A stretch of 64,000 nt of DNA from Rhodothermales bacterium (GCA_965215475.1 OZ244061.1:832015-896014); one strand, 5' to 3'; positions 21,737 to 33,382 are shown, counted from the first letter of the stretch. A program made the numbers and translations. Notes: generated from the letters alone by a model not told the origin.

Positions 21737-21968
21737 TTCCCTGGAAAAAGATTTTTGCTGAGATTGGGGTGGGGTTTACAAACGGTTCTTTCATCAGATA
21801 TATGGAGGTCATGCCCAATATATCAGGAAACGATACGATATAGTGTTGATCGCCATCTTCTGATCATACCATATAAGTTGATCTTTTTGCACATCTCACA
21901 ACCAAGAGACTTTGAAAGATTCTTTTAGCAACAACGATAACTACTTTGACTATGAAGCTAGTGGAAAA

Positions 21969-24392
21969 TCACCGGACGCGCGTAAAATGACCCACATGGA
22001 CGGATGGATTACCAGGTGACTGAACGGTCACACGATATAGATAGAGGCCCGCAGAAAGATAGGATCCATCCAGCGCAATCTTCTGTTCCCAGCCGGCGTT
22101 CATATTCACTGATGGTACCATCATCACGCGCCTCCCCATGACGTCCATGACCTCCACCTGAATTGGGGCAGGCTGAGGAAGATCCATCACCAGATATGTT
22201 GTATGATGGAATGGGTTCGGATAGTTGGTTCGTAGCATGAACTGCTCTGGCAGGGCTTCGTGCTCCGTAGCAACCGAAGAATAGACTTCGATACTAAACT
22301 TCAAGCTATCCTGAGTATCATTCACATCCGTGGCCTTGTACGTCATCTGTACGGGAGGAGTGATTTGCGTCGGAGTTCCGCTGATGGTCCGGATAGAGGA
22401 ATCGTAACTGAGCCCAAGAGGAAGATCAAAAAGGGTGAGGGTATATTCTATCGGAGGAGCCCCCCCCGCCACCTCCGGTAACCTTAGTGGGGAAATCGGG
22501 AGCCCGACAGGATACGACTGATCGCTCACTTCACGGGAAAACGATACCACGCTACATCTATCCCCATCCACAGTTCCAATCGTGCCCAACCAGTCTTGAA
22601 ATTCTGGATCCGAAGGGGAACACAAACCTGAATTTGAATCAAATCGTAGAATACCAAGATTTTTGAGTTGCACAAAACTCTTAGGTAATGCGCCTATAAG
22701 CTGGTTCAATCGAATATTAAGAGACTCCAGATTGCTGAGATTTCCAAGCTCAGACGGAACTTCTCCAGTCAGTTGATTCATCGCAAGACCGAGCCTTCCT
22801 AGGTTTCTCAGATTCCCTAGTTCGGAGGGAATCGTTCCGGTCAGGTTATTTCTCCCCAAAATTAGTGATTGCAAATTCCTGAGGTTGCCGAGTTCCGTCG
22901 GAATTGGACCGGTCAGGTCATTCCTCAATAAACTCAGGGATTCCAGGTTGACCAAATTCCCGAGTTCGGAAGGGATGGGGCCCGTCAAACTCCCCGACAA
23001 GATCAGACGTTCTCTCAGGTTGACCAAATTCCCGAGTTCGGAAGGGATGGGGCCCGTCAAACTCCCACTTAGACGCAGGGATTGCAGATTGACCAAATCC
23101 CCGAGTTCCGGTGGAATTGGACCGGTCAGGTCATTCCCCACTAAATCAAGGGATTGCAGGTTGACCAAATTCCCGAGCTCCGGTGGGATGGAGCCGGTCA
23201 GGTTCCCGCTTAGAATCAGACGTTCTCTCAGATTGACCAAATTCCCGAGTTCGGAAGGGATGGGGCCCGTCAAACTCCCACTTAGACGCAGGGATTGCAG
23301 ATTGACCAAATCCCCGAGTTCCGGTGGAATTGGACCGGTCAGGTCATTCCCCACTAAATCAAGGGATTGCAGGTTGACCAAATTCCCGAGCTCCGGCGGG
23401 ATAGAGCCGGTTATCGTCCCGATTGGCTGTCCATAGACCATGTCTATGTCGAGTAAATTGGTCAGCTTTCCGATTTCCGGCGGAAGTCCCTCCGGAAACG
23501 AGATGCCTAGAAAATAAAGCTCCTCCAGGGGGATCTTTCCCAGTAAAATAATATCCGCCCGCGTCAAGGGCATACGAAACACCCACAGTTTTTTCAACTG
23601 GTTCAGATTGGCGAGTTCTGGCGGAATGGAGCCCGTTATTTCAGTCCAGCCAATATACAGAACCGATAAGTTGGAAAGATTGCCGATTTCCGGGGGAATC
23701 GGGCCCGTTAATGGATTGCTGTGCAGAGATAGAACACCCAACTGCTCCATCGTAGTAAGTTCAACCGGAAACGTGCCGGTCAGTTGATTATCGTCTAGTC
23801 CCAGAATTCTCAACTGTTGGAGATTCGCCATTTCTGGGGGAATCGGGCCACTTAGTTCATTTCGACCCAGATACAATGTGCCCAATTGATCCAGCGTGGT
23901 GAGCTCCAGGGGAATGGGACCACTCAACTGATTGCCCGTCAAGTCCAGAAAGGTGAGATTTTTCAGCTGACCCACCTCCGGGGGAATCCTCCCCGTCAAC
24001 TGATTGCCATATAAAATTAAGTGTGTCAACTCTTCCAGATCACCAAGTTCAGGGGGCAACGATCCCGTCAGGTTGTTTTTCGGAAGAATGATTCGAGTCA
24101 ACACTTCATTCGAAAAGGTGAGCCCGCACCACGAATACAGCTCGAAAATACTCCCGGGCTCCTTCGTGATATCCCACTCCGAGTTTGTAGGACAAAGCTC
24201 GTAACTCCAGTCCTCCCCGTTGGTGGCTTCATAAAAGATTTTCAGCGTTTCAAATAGAGACTCCAAATCCGTATCGCTGGTATGAAGCTCAGATACGCCC
24301 TGCGCATGTATCCCCGAACGTTCCTCTGAAAAATGAGGCGTTTTCGTGTCGGGAAGCAGAGATGCAAACAAAAAGAGAATAATCATAAACAT
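21969..24392 (-). CDS. Secreted plant-type leucine-rich-repeat protein with cadherin-like domain and T9SS C-terminal sorting domain
   Basis: Signal peptide MFMIILFLFASLL (start chosen at 24392; ORF open to 24449). LRRNT-like cap (FYEATNGEDW...SWCGLTF). More than 20 repeats of 23-24 aa, LxxLxxLxLxxNxLTGxIPxELGxL. Then a He_PIG-like module and a NYPNPF...GLYLYRV CTD. Confidence 0.85.
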   Translation of the reverse strand: MFMIILFLFASLLPDTKTPHFSEERSGIHAQGVSELHTSDTDLESLFETLKIFYEATNGEDWSYELCPTNSEWDITKEPGSIFELYSWCGLTFSNEVLTRIILPKNNLTGSLPPELGDLEELTHLILYGNQLTGRIPPEVGQLKNLTFLDLTGNQLSGPIPLELTTLDQLGTLYLGRNELSGPIPPEMANLQQLRILGLDDNQLTGTFPVELTTMEQLGVLSLHSNPLTGPIPPEIGNLSNLSVLYIGWTEITGSIPPELANLNQLKKLWVFRMPLTRADIILLGKIPLEELYFLGISFPEGLPPEIGKLTNLLDIDMVYGQPIGTITGSIPPELGNLVNLQSLDLVGNDLTGPIPPELGDLVNLQSLRLSGSLTGPIPSELGNLVNLRERLILSGNLTGSIPPELGNLVNLQSLDLVGNDLTGPIPPELGDLVNLQSLRLSGSLTGPIPSELGNLVNLRERLILSGSLTGPIPSELGNLVNLESLSLLRNDLTGPIPTELGNLRNLQSLILGRNNLTGTIPSELGNLRNLGRLGLAMNQLTGEVPSELGNLSNLESLNIRLNQLIGALPKSFVQLKNLGILRFDSNSGLCSPSDPEFQDWLGTIGTVDGDRCSVVSFSREVSDQSYPVGLPISPLRLPEVAGGAPPIEYTLTLFDLPLGLSYDSSIRTISGTPTQITPPVQMTYKATDVNDTQDSLKFSIEVYSSVATEHEALPEQFMLRTNYPNPFHHTTYLVMDLPQPAPIQVEVMDVMGRRVMMVPSVNMNAGWEQKIALDGSYLSAGLYLYRVTVQSPGNPSVHVGHFTRVR

Positions 24393-24544
24393 GTTCAGTA
24401 TTGGAAATAAGTGAGATGAGCACACGATCCTATGCTCAAGATTGAACATGGAACCAGAAGAAAAGCGGGAACGATGGATCTACGGAACCGAATCGCACGA
24501 GACGGCAACCACCTATGGTTTCTTGGAGGGAAGAGCATCGTTCC

Positions 24545-26128
24545 TTATCGATGTGGATATAGGGGCAGACGTTCGATGCGATCAAATATGTGGTAATAGG
24601 AGAAAACATCATCATTACGCAGGACCGCCTCGTAGACAACCTTCTTCGTCATGTAATCAATCTCAATCATTTTCCCATTGAGCCCATATTCAGAGACAGT
24701 CCCAGGCATGAAAGCAACCGTCTTCTCCTCTGGATGGTAATCCACATCCGAGACGGCACCCGCATAGGTGGCCTGGCCACGTTCCCGGCCATATTCCCAT
24801 ACCTGCTGAATCGTCATGGCCTCCTCATCAATTCGATATTCCACCGCCCGACTATAACGCCCGGACAAATAATTATAATTTCGTCTGTTCCCATTATCAA
24901 ATAAAAACAGAGTTCCCTGTGGAGTTAACTTGGGGGCATGTTGAAACCATGTCCATGAGAAGTCGGGGTGATTACTATGCCCTGTAACAACACGCAGATC
25001 TGTAATCGGTCTCCCCTTTGCATCCAGGGGGTGCAAAAGTTTGGTCTTTAAGTCCGTCCCATCCCCAGCATGATTCCAGCCTCGATGCGGGGCCAGGATC
25101 CAAATCACTTCATTCTCACGCGTGAGCTTTACGGTCCCTTGATGACGCCCCGATACGATGATCGCATCCTGCTCCTCATCATAGGCCAGACCATTTCCAT
25201 GAAACCAGTCTATGGGATTGGTACTCCATATGAGCCGACGGACATCCAGTGATTCTCTCAGATCCCATTCCGTCACGATGATTCCGGTTTCTCGGTCAAG
25301 TTCCAGAACATAATCCTGATTGGTAGAGATACCATATTTCGTTGCGAGACCTAATAAATTTCCGCTGGGAAGTTCAATCAGGTTATGGTGAAGCTCGTAC
25401 CCCGGCAAAGACCATTCCTGGATCACTCTCCCCAACAGATCCATCTCGATCAAGAAGCGCCCGCTGCTTAGGTCATTAAAGTAGAGGTTGCCGTTTTGAA
25501 ATCGCTCCACGGCAATACCGTAGAACAAGCGATTTAGGGTCGGATGGGTATTCATATTGACATACCACCGAATGTGTCCGTATTGATCAAACATGAAGGG
25601 GGTTCTTGGGAATTCACCACGATGCATGAGTCCACCGAAAGAAACAAGGTTCATCCCCGATTTTTTTTGACCAGTATTGACGACAACCTCAATGGTTGGG
25701 AGTTCTGGGATGAGTGGTGGCGTCTCCACCCTTCGGATCTCCTGTCCCAGGAACTGGTTCCCACGGTCATAGAATCGAATCCGCAAGGTATTACGGTGCG
25801 ATGCGTAGAGACCAAGGACCGGAAGCGTAAACGACGACGCGATTTCTTCAAAGCGGTGAACCAGATGTTCCTCCCCCTCATAAGGACTTACGATTTCCAG
25901 TTCCACCTGAACCGGGTGCGTGGTTTCCAGTCTGAGCTCTGCGGCAAGTGGGGTATAGCCTGTTGGATTCAGGATCAAAGTATCCCGCGTGATCAAATGC
26001 CCAAGTCCGTTTGCCTTCAAGTTTCGGCGCTCTCCCGTGATGGAAGGTTCCCTCTCGGCAGAACGCTCAATCGTTCCCAGATCTGTGAGACCACTGTCAC
26101 AGCCAAGCAGGAAGAAAACGGCAAGCAC
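24545..26128 (-). CDS. Arylsulfotransferase (ASST)-like beta-propeller lipoprotein
   Basis: 527 aa from GTG 26128. It begins MLAVFFLLGCDSG (lipobox LLGC). Motifs such as WFHGNGLAYDEEQDAIIVSGRHQG recall the ASST family. The family call is from memory only. Confidence 0.6.
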   Translation of the reverse strand: MLAVFFLLGCDSGLTDLGTIERSAEREPSITGERRNLKANGLGHLITRDTLILNPTGYTPLAAELRLETTHPVQVELEIVSPYEGEEHLVHRFEEIASSFTLPVLGLYASHRNTLRIRFYDRGNQFLGQEIRRVETPPLIPELPTIEVVVNTGQKKSGMNLVSFGGLMHRGEFPRTPFMFDQYGHIRWYVNMNTHPTLNRLFYGIAVERFQNGNLYFNDLSSGRFLIEMDLLGRVIQEWSLPGYELHHNLIELPSGNLLGLATKYGISTNQDYVLELDRETGIIVTEWDLRESLDVRRLIWSTNPIDWFHGNGLAYDEEQDAIIVSGRHQGTVKLTRENEVIWILAPHRGWNHAGDGTDLKTKLLHPLDAKGRPITDLRVVTGHSNHPDFSWTWFQHAPKLTPQGTLFLFDNGNRRNYNYLSGRYSRAVEYRIDEEAMTIQQVWEYGRERGQATYAGAVSDVDYHPEEKTVAFMPGTVSEYGLNGKMIEIDYMTKKVVYEAVLRNDDVFSYYHIFDRIERLPLYPHR

Positions 26129-26140
26129 CGCTAGAAAAAT

Positions 26141-26150
26141 GGGGGGGGGG
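26141..26150. repeat. Homopolymeric G10 (C10 on the coding strand) tract in the 5' end of the ASST-like gene
   Basis: Read directly from the sequence. It lies between an upstream ATG (26159-26157) and the annotated GTG start. Confidence 0.95.
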
Positions 26151-26242
26151 CAATTTCATGTGACGATTCTGCATGTTCCCGAGCAATCCGAATCATGGAG
26201 ATCCTGGCCTTCATGACCCCCAAACGGGCGAGATACAAGCAA

Positions 26243-26533
26243 TCAAGGATCATTTTGACCGAGCGAAGAATACAGATCGTCTAAAGATACGAAACCCTTC
26301 TTAAGATCACATCTTTTGCCTAGTACAATCCACGCACCTCGGAAAGATCCCGCAAATTTAAACATGGGCACATACCTTCTGTTACATCGAACATGCTTCT
26401 CGTAAGGAATCATTCCACGAAGATCTTTCTTGGGGTAATGTCTTAGCCAGTTGACCGAGGATATACTTTTCTCGGATCTAGTGAAATCCGCATCATGATG
26501 GCATCGATGGCTATGGAATCCACGATTTCTCAT
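26243..26533 (-). CDS. Hypothetical protein (96 aa)
   Basis: The ORF starts 3 nt after the stop of the upstream LRR gene, which is an operon-like position. No recognisable motif. Confidence 0.3.
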   Translation of the reverse strand: MRNRGFHSHRCHHDADFTRSEKSISSVNWLRHYPKKDLRGMIPYEKHVRCNRRYVPMFKFAGSFRGAWIVLGKRCDLKKGFVSLDDLYSSLGQNDP

Positions 26534-26536
26534 CTA

Positions 26537-28273
26537 TTAGTGAACCCGTACAAACCGCCCCGCATGCGTGAAAATTCCCTCTGGAGCATCCACCACCAGG
26601 CGATACAGATAGATTCCCTGGGGAAGGGGTAGATTACGTAGAGAGAGTTCACGACCCCAGCCCGCCGATACTTTCACCGGTGACCGTAGTGACACGCGCC
26701 GACCCGTTACATCCAAGACTTCAACCGATACACTAGCAGTCCAAGGAAGATCAAATCGCAGAGTCGTTGAAGTCCGTACCGGATTCGGATAGTTGCCCCG
26801 GGCCATGAACTCGATCGGGAGCGGGCCTTCTTGTTCCGTCAAGACGGCGGAGGCACAATTTGGATCCGCATATATATAATCAATCCCTCCCAGCCAGCTC
26901 TGAAACTCGTCGTCGGATGGGGCGCAAAGTCCCGAATTTCCTCGAAAATCAAACCCCTCAAGGGTTAATTGTAACAAACTCCGTGGGAGTTGACCCGAAA
27001 GCTGGTTCATGCCCAACGAGAGCGACTCCAAGTCCGACAAGTTGCCCAGCTCAGGAGGAAGCAAACCGGAAAGTTGATTGCCGTACAGATTCAATTCCTT
27101 CAAGTTGGCCAAGGCTCCTAGCTGAGAAGGAATCGGACCCGTAAGCTGGTTCACGCCCAACCACAGCGAGGTTAAGCTAGATAGGTGACCCAGTTCAGCA
27201 GGAATCGGACCCGTAAGCTGGTTCATGCCCAACCACAGCCATCGCAAGTCTGAGAGATTGCCCAGTTCCGCAGGAAGGGAACCGGTAATTCGGTTTGAAT
27301 TCAACCACAGCCTTCGCAAGCCTGACAGATTGCCCAGTTCCGCAGGAAGGGGGCCTGACAGTTCATTGTAGGACAAAACCAGAACTCTCAAGGTTGTCAA
27401 ACCTGCAAACTCTGAAGGGACTAGTCCAGAAAGATCATTATTCTGCAAATACAAAAATTGTAGATCCGAAAGATTGCCCAACTCTGCAGGAATTGGGCCA
27501 GAAAGATTGTTGCTGTCCAATAACAGAACCTCAAGGTTCACAAGGTTGCCCAACTCTGCGGGAATAGCACCAGAAAGGCGGTTATAGCTCAAGTTCAATC
27601 TCTGTAAATTTGTCAAGTCTGCCAACTCAGGCGGAATCGGACCAAAAAGACCATTCCTGTAAAAATTTAGGTTCTGTAACCTGGACAAGCCTGCCAACTC
27701 TACAGGAATGGGACCAGAAAGACCATTATGGCTCAAGTTCAATACCTGTAAATTTGTCAAGTCTGCCAGCTCTGCAGGAATGGAGCCCATAATCTGATTG
27801 GAATTCAACCGAAGAACCGCTAAGCTGGACAGATTGCCCAGTTCAGCAGGAATCGGACCCGTAATAAAATTTCTTCCAAGTTCCAGACTTTGAAGACTCA
27901 CTAAATTCTCCAATTCGGATGGGAGGGATCCAGAAACCCGATTGTTCTCCAATGAAATCGTAACCAGACTCTGATCTGATACGGTGAGTCCATACCACTG
28001 ATTAAAATCCTCCATAGATGAAGGAATCACATTAATATCCCAACCCGAATTGTTAGTCCACTGATCCCCATTCGTGGAGAGATAGAATGCAGATAACGCC
28101 TTGTGAACAACCTTCACATCGTCCGCCCCCAATGCATCATCACCGATGAAGGAGTCAAACTCAGATACGACTGAACTTCCCGAAAATGCCCTTACCGCTG
28201 GTTTTTCCTGCGCTCCTGATACAGGAAGAACGTAGAGGCCAGCCAACATGAGAATCAAGAAGGTCTGAACCAT
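26537..28273 (-). CDS. Secreted plant-type leucine-rich-repeat protein with T9SS C-terminal sorting domain
   Basis: Signal peptide MVQTFLILMLAGLYVLPVSGA. LRRNT-like cap (ALSAFYLSTNGDQWTNNSGW...WYGLTV). About 14 repeats of 24 aa, LxxLxLxxNxLSGPIPAELGNL. CTD reads NYPNPVRTSTTLRFDLP...GIYLYRLVV. Confidence 0.85.
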   Translation of the reverse strand: MVQTFLILMLAGLYVLPVSGAQEKPAVRAFSGSSVVSEFDSFIGDDALGADDVKVVHKALSAFYLSTNGDQWTNNSGWDINVIPSSMEDFNQWYGLTVSDQSLVTISLENNRVSGSLPSELENLVSLQSLELGRNFITGPIPAELGNLSSLAVLRLNSNQIMGSIPAELADLTNLQVLNLSHNGLSGPIPVELAGLSRLQNLNFYRNGLFGPIPPELADLTNLQRLNLSYNRLSGAIPAELGNLVNLEVLLLDSNNLSGPIPAELGNLSDLQFLYLQNNDLSGLVPSEFAGLTTLRVLVLSYNELSGPLPAELGNLSGLRRLWLNSNRITGSLPAELGNLSDLRWLWLGMNQLTGPIPAELGHLSSLTSLWLGVNQLTGPIPSQLGALANLKELNLYGNQLSGLLPPELGNLSDLESLSLGMNQLSGQLPRSLLQLTLEGFDFRGNSGLCAPSDDEFQSWLGGIDYIYADPNCASAVLTEQEGPLPIEFMARGNYPNPVRTSTTLRFDLPWTASVSVEVLDVTGRRVSLRSPVKVSAGWGRELSLRNLPLPQGIYLYRLVVDAPEGIFTHAGRFVRVH

Positions 28274-28712
28274 AGATTCAATGTATAACCAAGGCAGTCA
28301 CTCCTACTTAGTGCCTGCGCAAAAAGTAGATTTGTTGAATCTTGAAAAATAAATCCGTTTACCGACATCCAATCATAGATTTTTCATGTTGATCTTACCG
28401 ATACTTGATCATTTTGGGGTGCGAATATTTTTCCGTAATCAATCAGGTTCATCTCCAATTTTGCAAAAATCGCATTTCATCCAGTATACCGTACGATTCT
28501 GCCAAATCAGTCAGGGGATCTCAAAAAATGTTCACGCCTATTTTTTCACAAAAATTCGTCCCATGACTACAGAAAATGTCCACATAGAGAGTATTCAGAG
28601 CACTGTATGTCAAAAACAAGTGGTTTTTTGGCAGGCACTACTTAGCGGAGATTATTCGCTAGAACAATGAGTTTTTGATTTTGTTTTTACGGGTTTTGAC
28701 TCTCACAAAAAC

Positions 28713-30012
28713 GGCTCTTCGCCCATTTTTGTGAGAAATTGTGTTTTTTTAGATTCTGGGGCTCAGATCCAGTCCGCCCAAATGAACGTAAATTGCGTCT
28801 ACGAATCGGTCTTTGTTCCGGAATCCACGGGCACGAACCTTGGTGGTTTTGATCCGGCTGTGGATGCGTTCGGCGGGGTCATTACTCCCCTTCAGAACGA
28901 TCGCATTGAGGATTCCATATACGTGATTTTCTATCAGTTTGGCTGCTTTTTTCATCGGTTCCAGTCGGCAGCGCATGGCCCAGCTGAGCCATTTCATCCA
29001 GTACTTGTGTGCCCACCCCCGGGGTTTATCATGCCATATAGATTTCGAGCCGTTTCCTTGATCGCCCAGGCTCGGGCCGTTCGTAGGGTACGGGGTGCAT
29101 GGAATGCCTTCTTCATGGACAGGTTCGGAGGACGTTATGAGTCACAGATATTTCCTTCCCGTCCGCATCTCATTCCCACTCTTGCGGAGTTCTTTGTGCT
29201 CCTGTCGCCGCACCTTATCTCCCAGATGCTTGGAGACATGGAACCGGTCAAAGCAGATCTTCTCGTCGGCATGGGGAAGGCAGGCTTGGGTTGCATGAAT
29301 CTACGCCGGCCACCGATCCATCTCTGAATTCCCTGCAACTGAGTCGGCGATACTTGCGGATACCAACCCATCCGAGTGCTCTTTTCTCGTCCAATCCCCA
29401 CATATAGTACCGTATCTGCATTGGACACAACCGTCAGGTACTTGTGGTACGCGACCTCATCCATACAAAGGTTGGCAACTACCTCCTCCTTTCTTCAAGC
29501 CTTCCCCCGCACGCCGTTGGATCCCGGCAATGCCCTTCCAGCCGATCCCCAACTGACGGGAAATCGCCAAAAGACTTGCCTTCTTGGCCCATCCGATCAC
29601 ATACTCCTCAAAGTCATGGGTGTAGCGGGAACTTGCGTCGGCCCAGGGAACCCGGACCGTCTTCACTCCATGCTTTGGACATTGAATCCGGGGAATCCGT
29701 GCAACCAGAATCGTTTGGTATGTACATGTATCCAGGTGGCGCCATTGCCGCTCCGTACGAAGATCATAAAAGGGACCTACCTTGCCACACTTCGGACAGG
29801 TCAACGAAGACGGATCGGTACAGGTCAACGTTACCGTCCTTCGTTGGGCTTGATCATCGTAGGTGTCTTCCAAAATCTCCTAGGGCGCCTGGAGACCTAG
29901 GCTTTTCTCAACAGAGGAGGTGTTTTGCATGGGATTCTTTAAATTCAGGGGAACCATGAAATTCGAAAGTCCCTAAATTTATGACGTAATTCACAATAAA
30001 AGGCGAAAACCC
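28713..30012 (-). mobile_element. Decayed ISL3-family insertion sequence (copy 1)
   Basis: Left end GGCTCTTCGCCCATTTTTGTGAGAAATT versus the reverse complement of the right end GGGTTTTCGCCTTTTATTGTGAATT (imperfect IR). No TSD found, so the boundaries are approximate. Confidence 0.55.
28749..29873 (-). pseudogene. ISL3-family transposase broken into at least 3 frames
   Basis: N-terminal piece with zinc finger/HTH (CPKCGK...RQWRHLDTC...RIQCPKHGV). Middle piece (DEVAYHK.YLTVV). C-terminal piece (ERIHSRIKTTKVRARGFRNKDRF). The pieces lie in different frames. Confidence 0.8.
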
Positions 30013-30062
30013 AAATTTATTGGTTTTTATTTGCATAAATGGTAGAGAGTCCCCCCCCCCCC
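30013..30062 (+). repeat. 38-nt motif AAATTTATTGGTTTTTATTTGCATAAATGGTAGAGAGT followed by C12
   Basis: Identical 38-mer at 33164-33201, where it is followed by C29. A shorter relative, AAATGGTAGAGAG+CCCCTCCCC, lies at about 62531-62552. Confidence 0.9.
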
Positions 30063-30323
30063 TTTGAATTCAAAATGGAAATGATTGACATAAGCATCCC
30101 TGACGGTGCTGGCTTATAAAATTACAAGATCAGATAGTCCCCTCTCTTCCCACAGCGAAGCGTCCGCTTCAATTACCGCCCCGCAGAAATCTTTTATTTC
30201 CCCATAGATGCGTCTAAATTCAAATCTGACACACTTTGATTCAAGTGTCCCCATACTTATTTCGCCCGCTCGTTGATTTTTGACCTCTCTCCGCGCGTCT
30301 CACGGCAAATAGAGAGCGAGAGC

Positions 30324-31532
30324 TTAGCGCTCCATGGATTCAATCCCCGAATCCCGCTCACGGGACGGAGGGTGGATCAATGGTGAGACCGGGGGCAGGT
30401 TTACCCGCTCCATGGCATAGTTCGAGATCAGCCAGGTCTGCATGGATGGGATCGGAATGCTGTAGACTTCATCTTGACTGTGTAGGACTCCGCGCTCCAC
30501 AGCTCTCTGAAACAAATCCTTCGCTTCCACCTCGCCGTACTCCCGCGATAGAAACTCCACAATATCCCTCCAGTCCAACCCATTATCTATGGATACGGTT
30601 TGGATGAGTCTTGCTAAACTACAACGCTCTTTTCCACTGATCCCTTTTGCACGTTGTTTGTAGTACGCCTCCCGTCTTGCCCCACCCACGCGGTACACGA
30701 TGTCTAGTCCCATAGAGGTCATTTCTCCGCGATCGTGTTGGATTTGCTTGGCCGCGGCATCGCCATACGCTGTAATATGCTGGGGCCACCCATGCGTCTT
30801 TTGGGCAATCGCATCAATCCACGGAGCAGGATCCCCCTTCGCACGCCCCTCTTTGACCAGCCAGTCTCTGAGTACCCGCCCCTCCGACTCTTTGCCCAAT
30901 GCCCCTAATTCCACAAAACAGCCCCCTTTGAATCTCGAAATCCCCAGTGACCTGAAGGCTTCTTCGGTCTGTCCCAGCCCCGCCCCCAACAAGATGAAGG
31001 GGCGTCCGACATCCCCGTTGTGAATCACATCCAGCGTGTCTCTCGCTCTAGTTTGTTCCGTTGGAGTTTTTTTTAGATTGATCAGATATTGCGCTTCATC
31101 CAGCACTAAAATCAATCCTTCCTTGGGGGCAAGATTCCTAAGTATTTCCTTTGGAGTCGCGTGCCCCGCCACACTTCTGACATATCCCCCTTCGATAAAC
31201 TTCACGCCGGCTTTTGCTGCCTGCTCATGATTAATCGTGTACGACTTTCCGAGAGACTGGGCCATCGCAGCGGGAGTGTATAGATCTTCTATCGAGATCT
31301 TGGCCACCTTCCACTTTTTTTCTTCTGCCCTTTTGGAGAGCACATCCAGTAGCGCCGTCTTTCCCGCCCCGGGTGCCCCCTGGATCAACATCGTCGTTCC
31401 CCCAGTCCTCTCCGTCTCCGCACGTCTCATGAGATCTTTGAAATCATACAAGATCTGCACCCGCCCATGAAAATATTCAGCCGGACCTCGGTCAGGAACA
31501 ATATTAGAGATATGGGACGTATCAGGAGACAT
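30324..31532 (-). CDS. Orphan P-loop NTPase (AAA_16/ORC-Cdc6-like ATPase with C-terminal helical/wHTH-like region)
   Basis: 402 aa. Walker A LIQGAPGAGKTALL and Walker B LILVLDEAQ. GC-rich by eye compared with surrounding core genes. Sits between two IS elements. Confidence 0.6.
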   Translation of the reverse strand: MSPDTSHISNIVPDRGPAEYFHGRVQILYDFKDLMRRAETERTGGTTMLIQGAPGAGKTALLDVLSKRAEEKKWKVAKISIEDLYTPAAMAQSLGKSYTINHEQAAKAGVKFIEGGYVRSVAGHATPKEILRNLAPKEGLILVLDEAQYLINLKKTPTEQTRARDTLDVIHNGDVGRPFILLGAGLGQTEEAFRSLGISRFKGGCFVELGALGKESEGRVLRDWLVKEGRAKGDPAPWIDAIAQKTHGWPQHITAYGDAAAKQIQHDRGEMTSMGLDIVYRVGGARREAYYKQRAKGISGKERCSLARLIQTVSIDNGLDWRDIVEFLSREYGEVEAKDLFQRAVERGVLHSQDEVYSIPIPSMQTWLISNYAMERVNLPPVSPLIHPPSRERDSGIESMER

Positions 31533-31646
31533 ACATGCAAGGATTACAAGGGATCACGATTTGAGAAAGCGATTAGACACGTTCAGGATTTCCAAGGTTC
31601 CAAACATGACCTTTTGAGACTCAGGATCATCAACCTCCCCCCCCCC

Positions 31647-33230
<1,584 letters not shown>

Positions 33231-33382
33231 ACACACTCTCCACCCGCGTTCTTCATCATACCTCACCCCTCCTTATTCATCTCAAATTGCGGTTTCAGCG
33301 CACATCCAACGTATGACCCAAGTTCGACATTTTGAATCATTTCTTAACTTATTCCTCTATCAATTACAAAAACGTCAGAAAT

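Noticed and set aside
22885-23436. 183-aa plus-strand ORF with repeats (KFPSSEGMGPVKLP...)
   Set aside because: It is antisense to the LRR gene. Its periodicity mirrors the 213-bp LRR tandem repeat, and the minus-strand frame has clear LRR, signal peptide and CTD features.
28299-28670. 10-bp inverted repeat (TAGTGCCTGC / GCAGGCACTA, about 320 bp apart) enclosing a 94-aa ORF (28386-28670)
   Set aside because: The repeat is short enough to be chance, and the ORF is low-complexity with no motif. It is not called as a gene or element.
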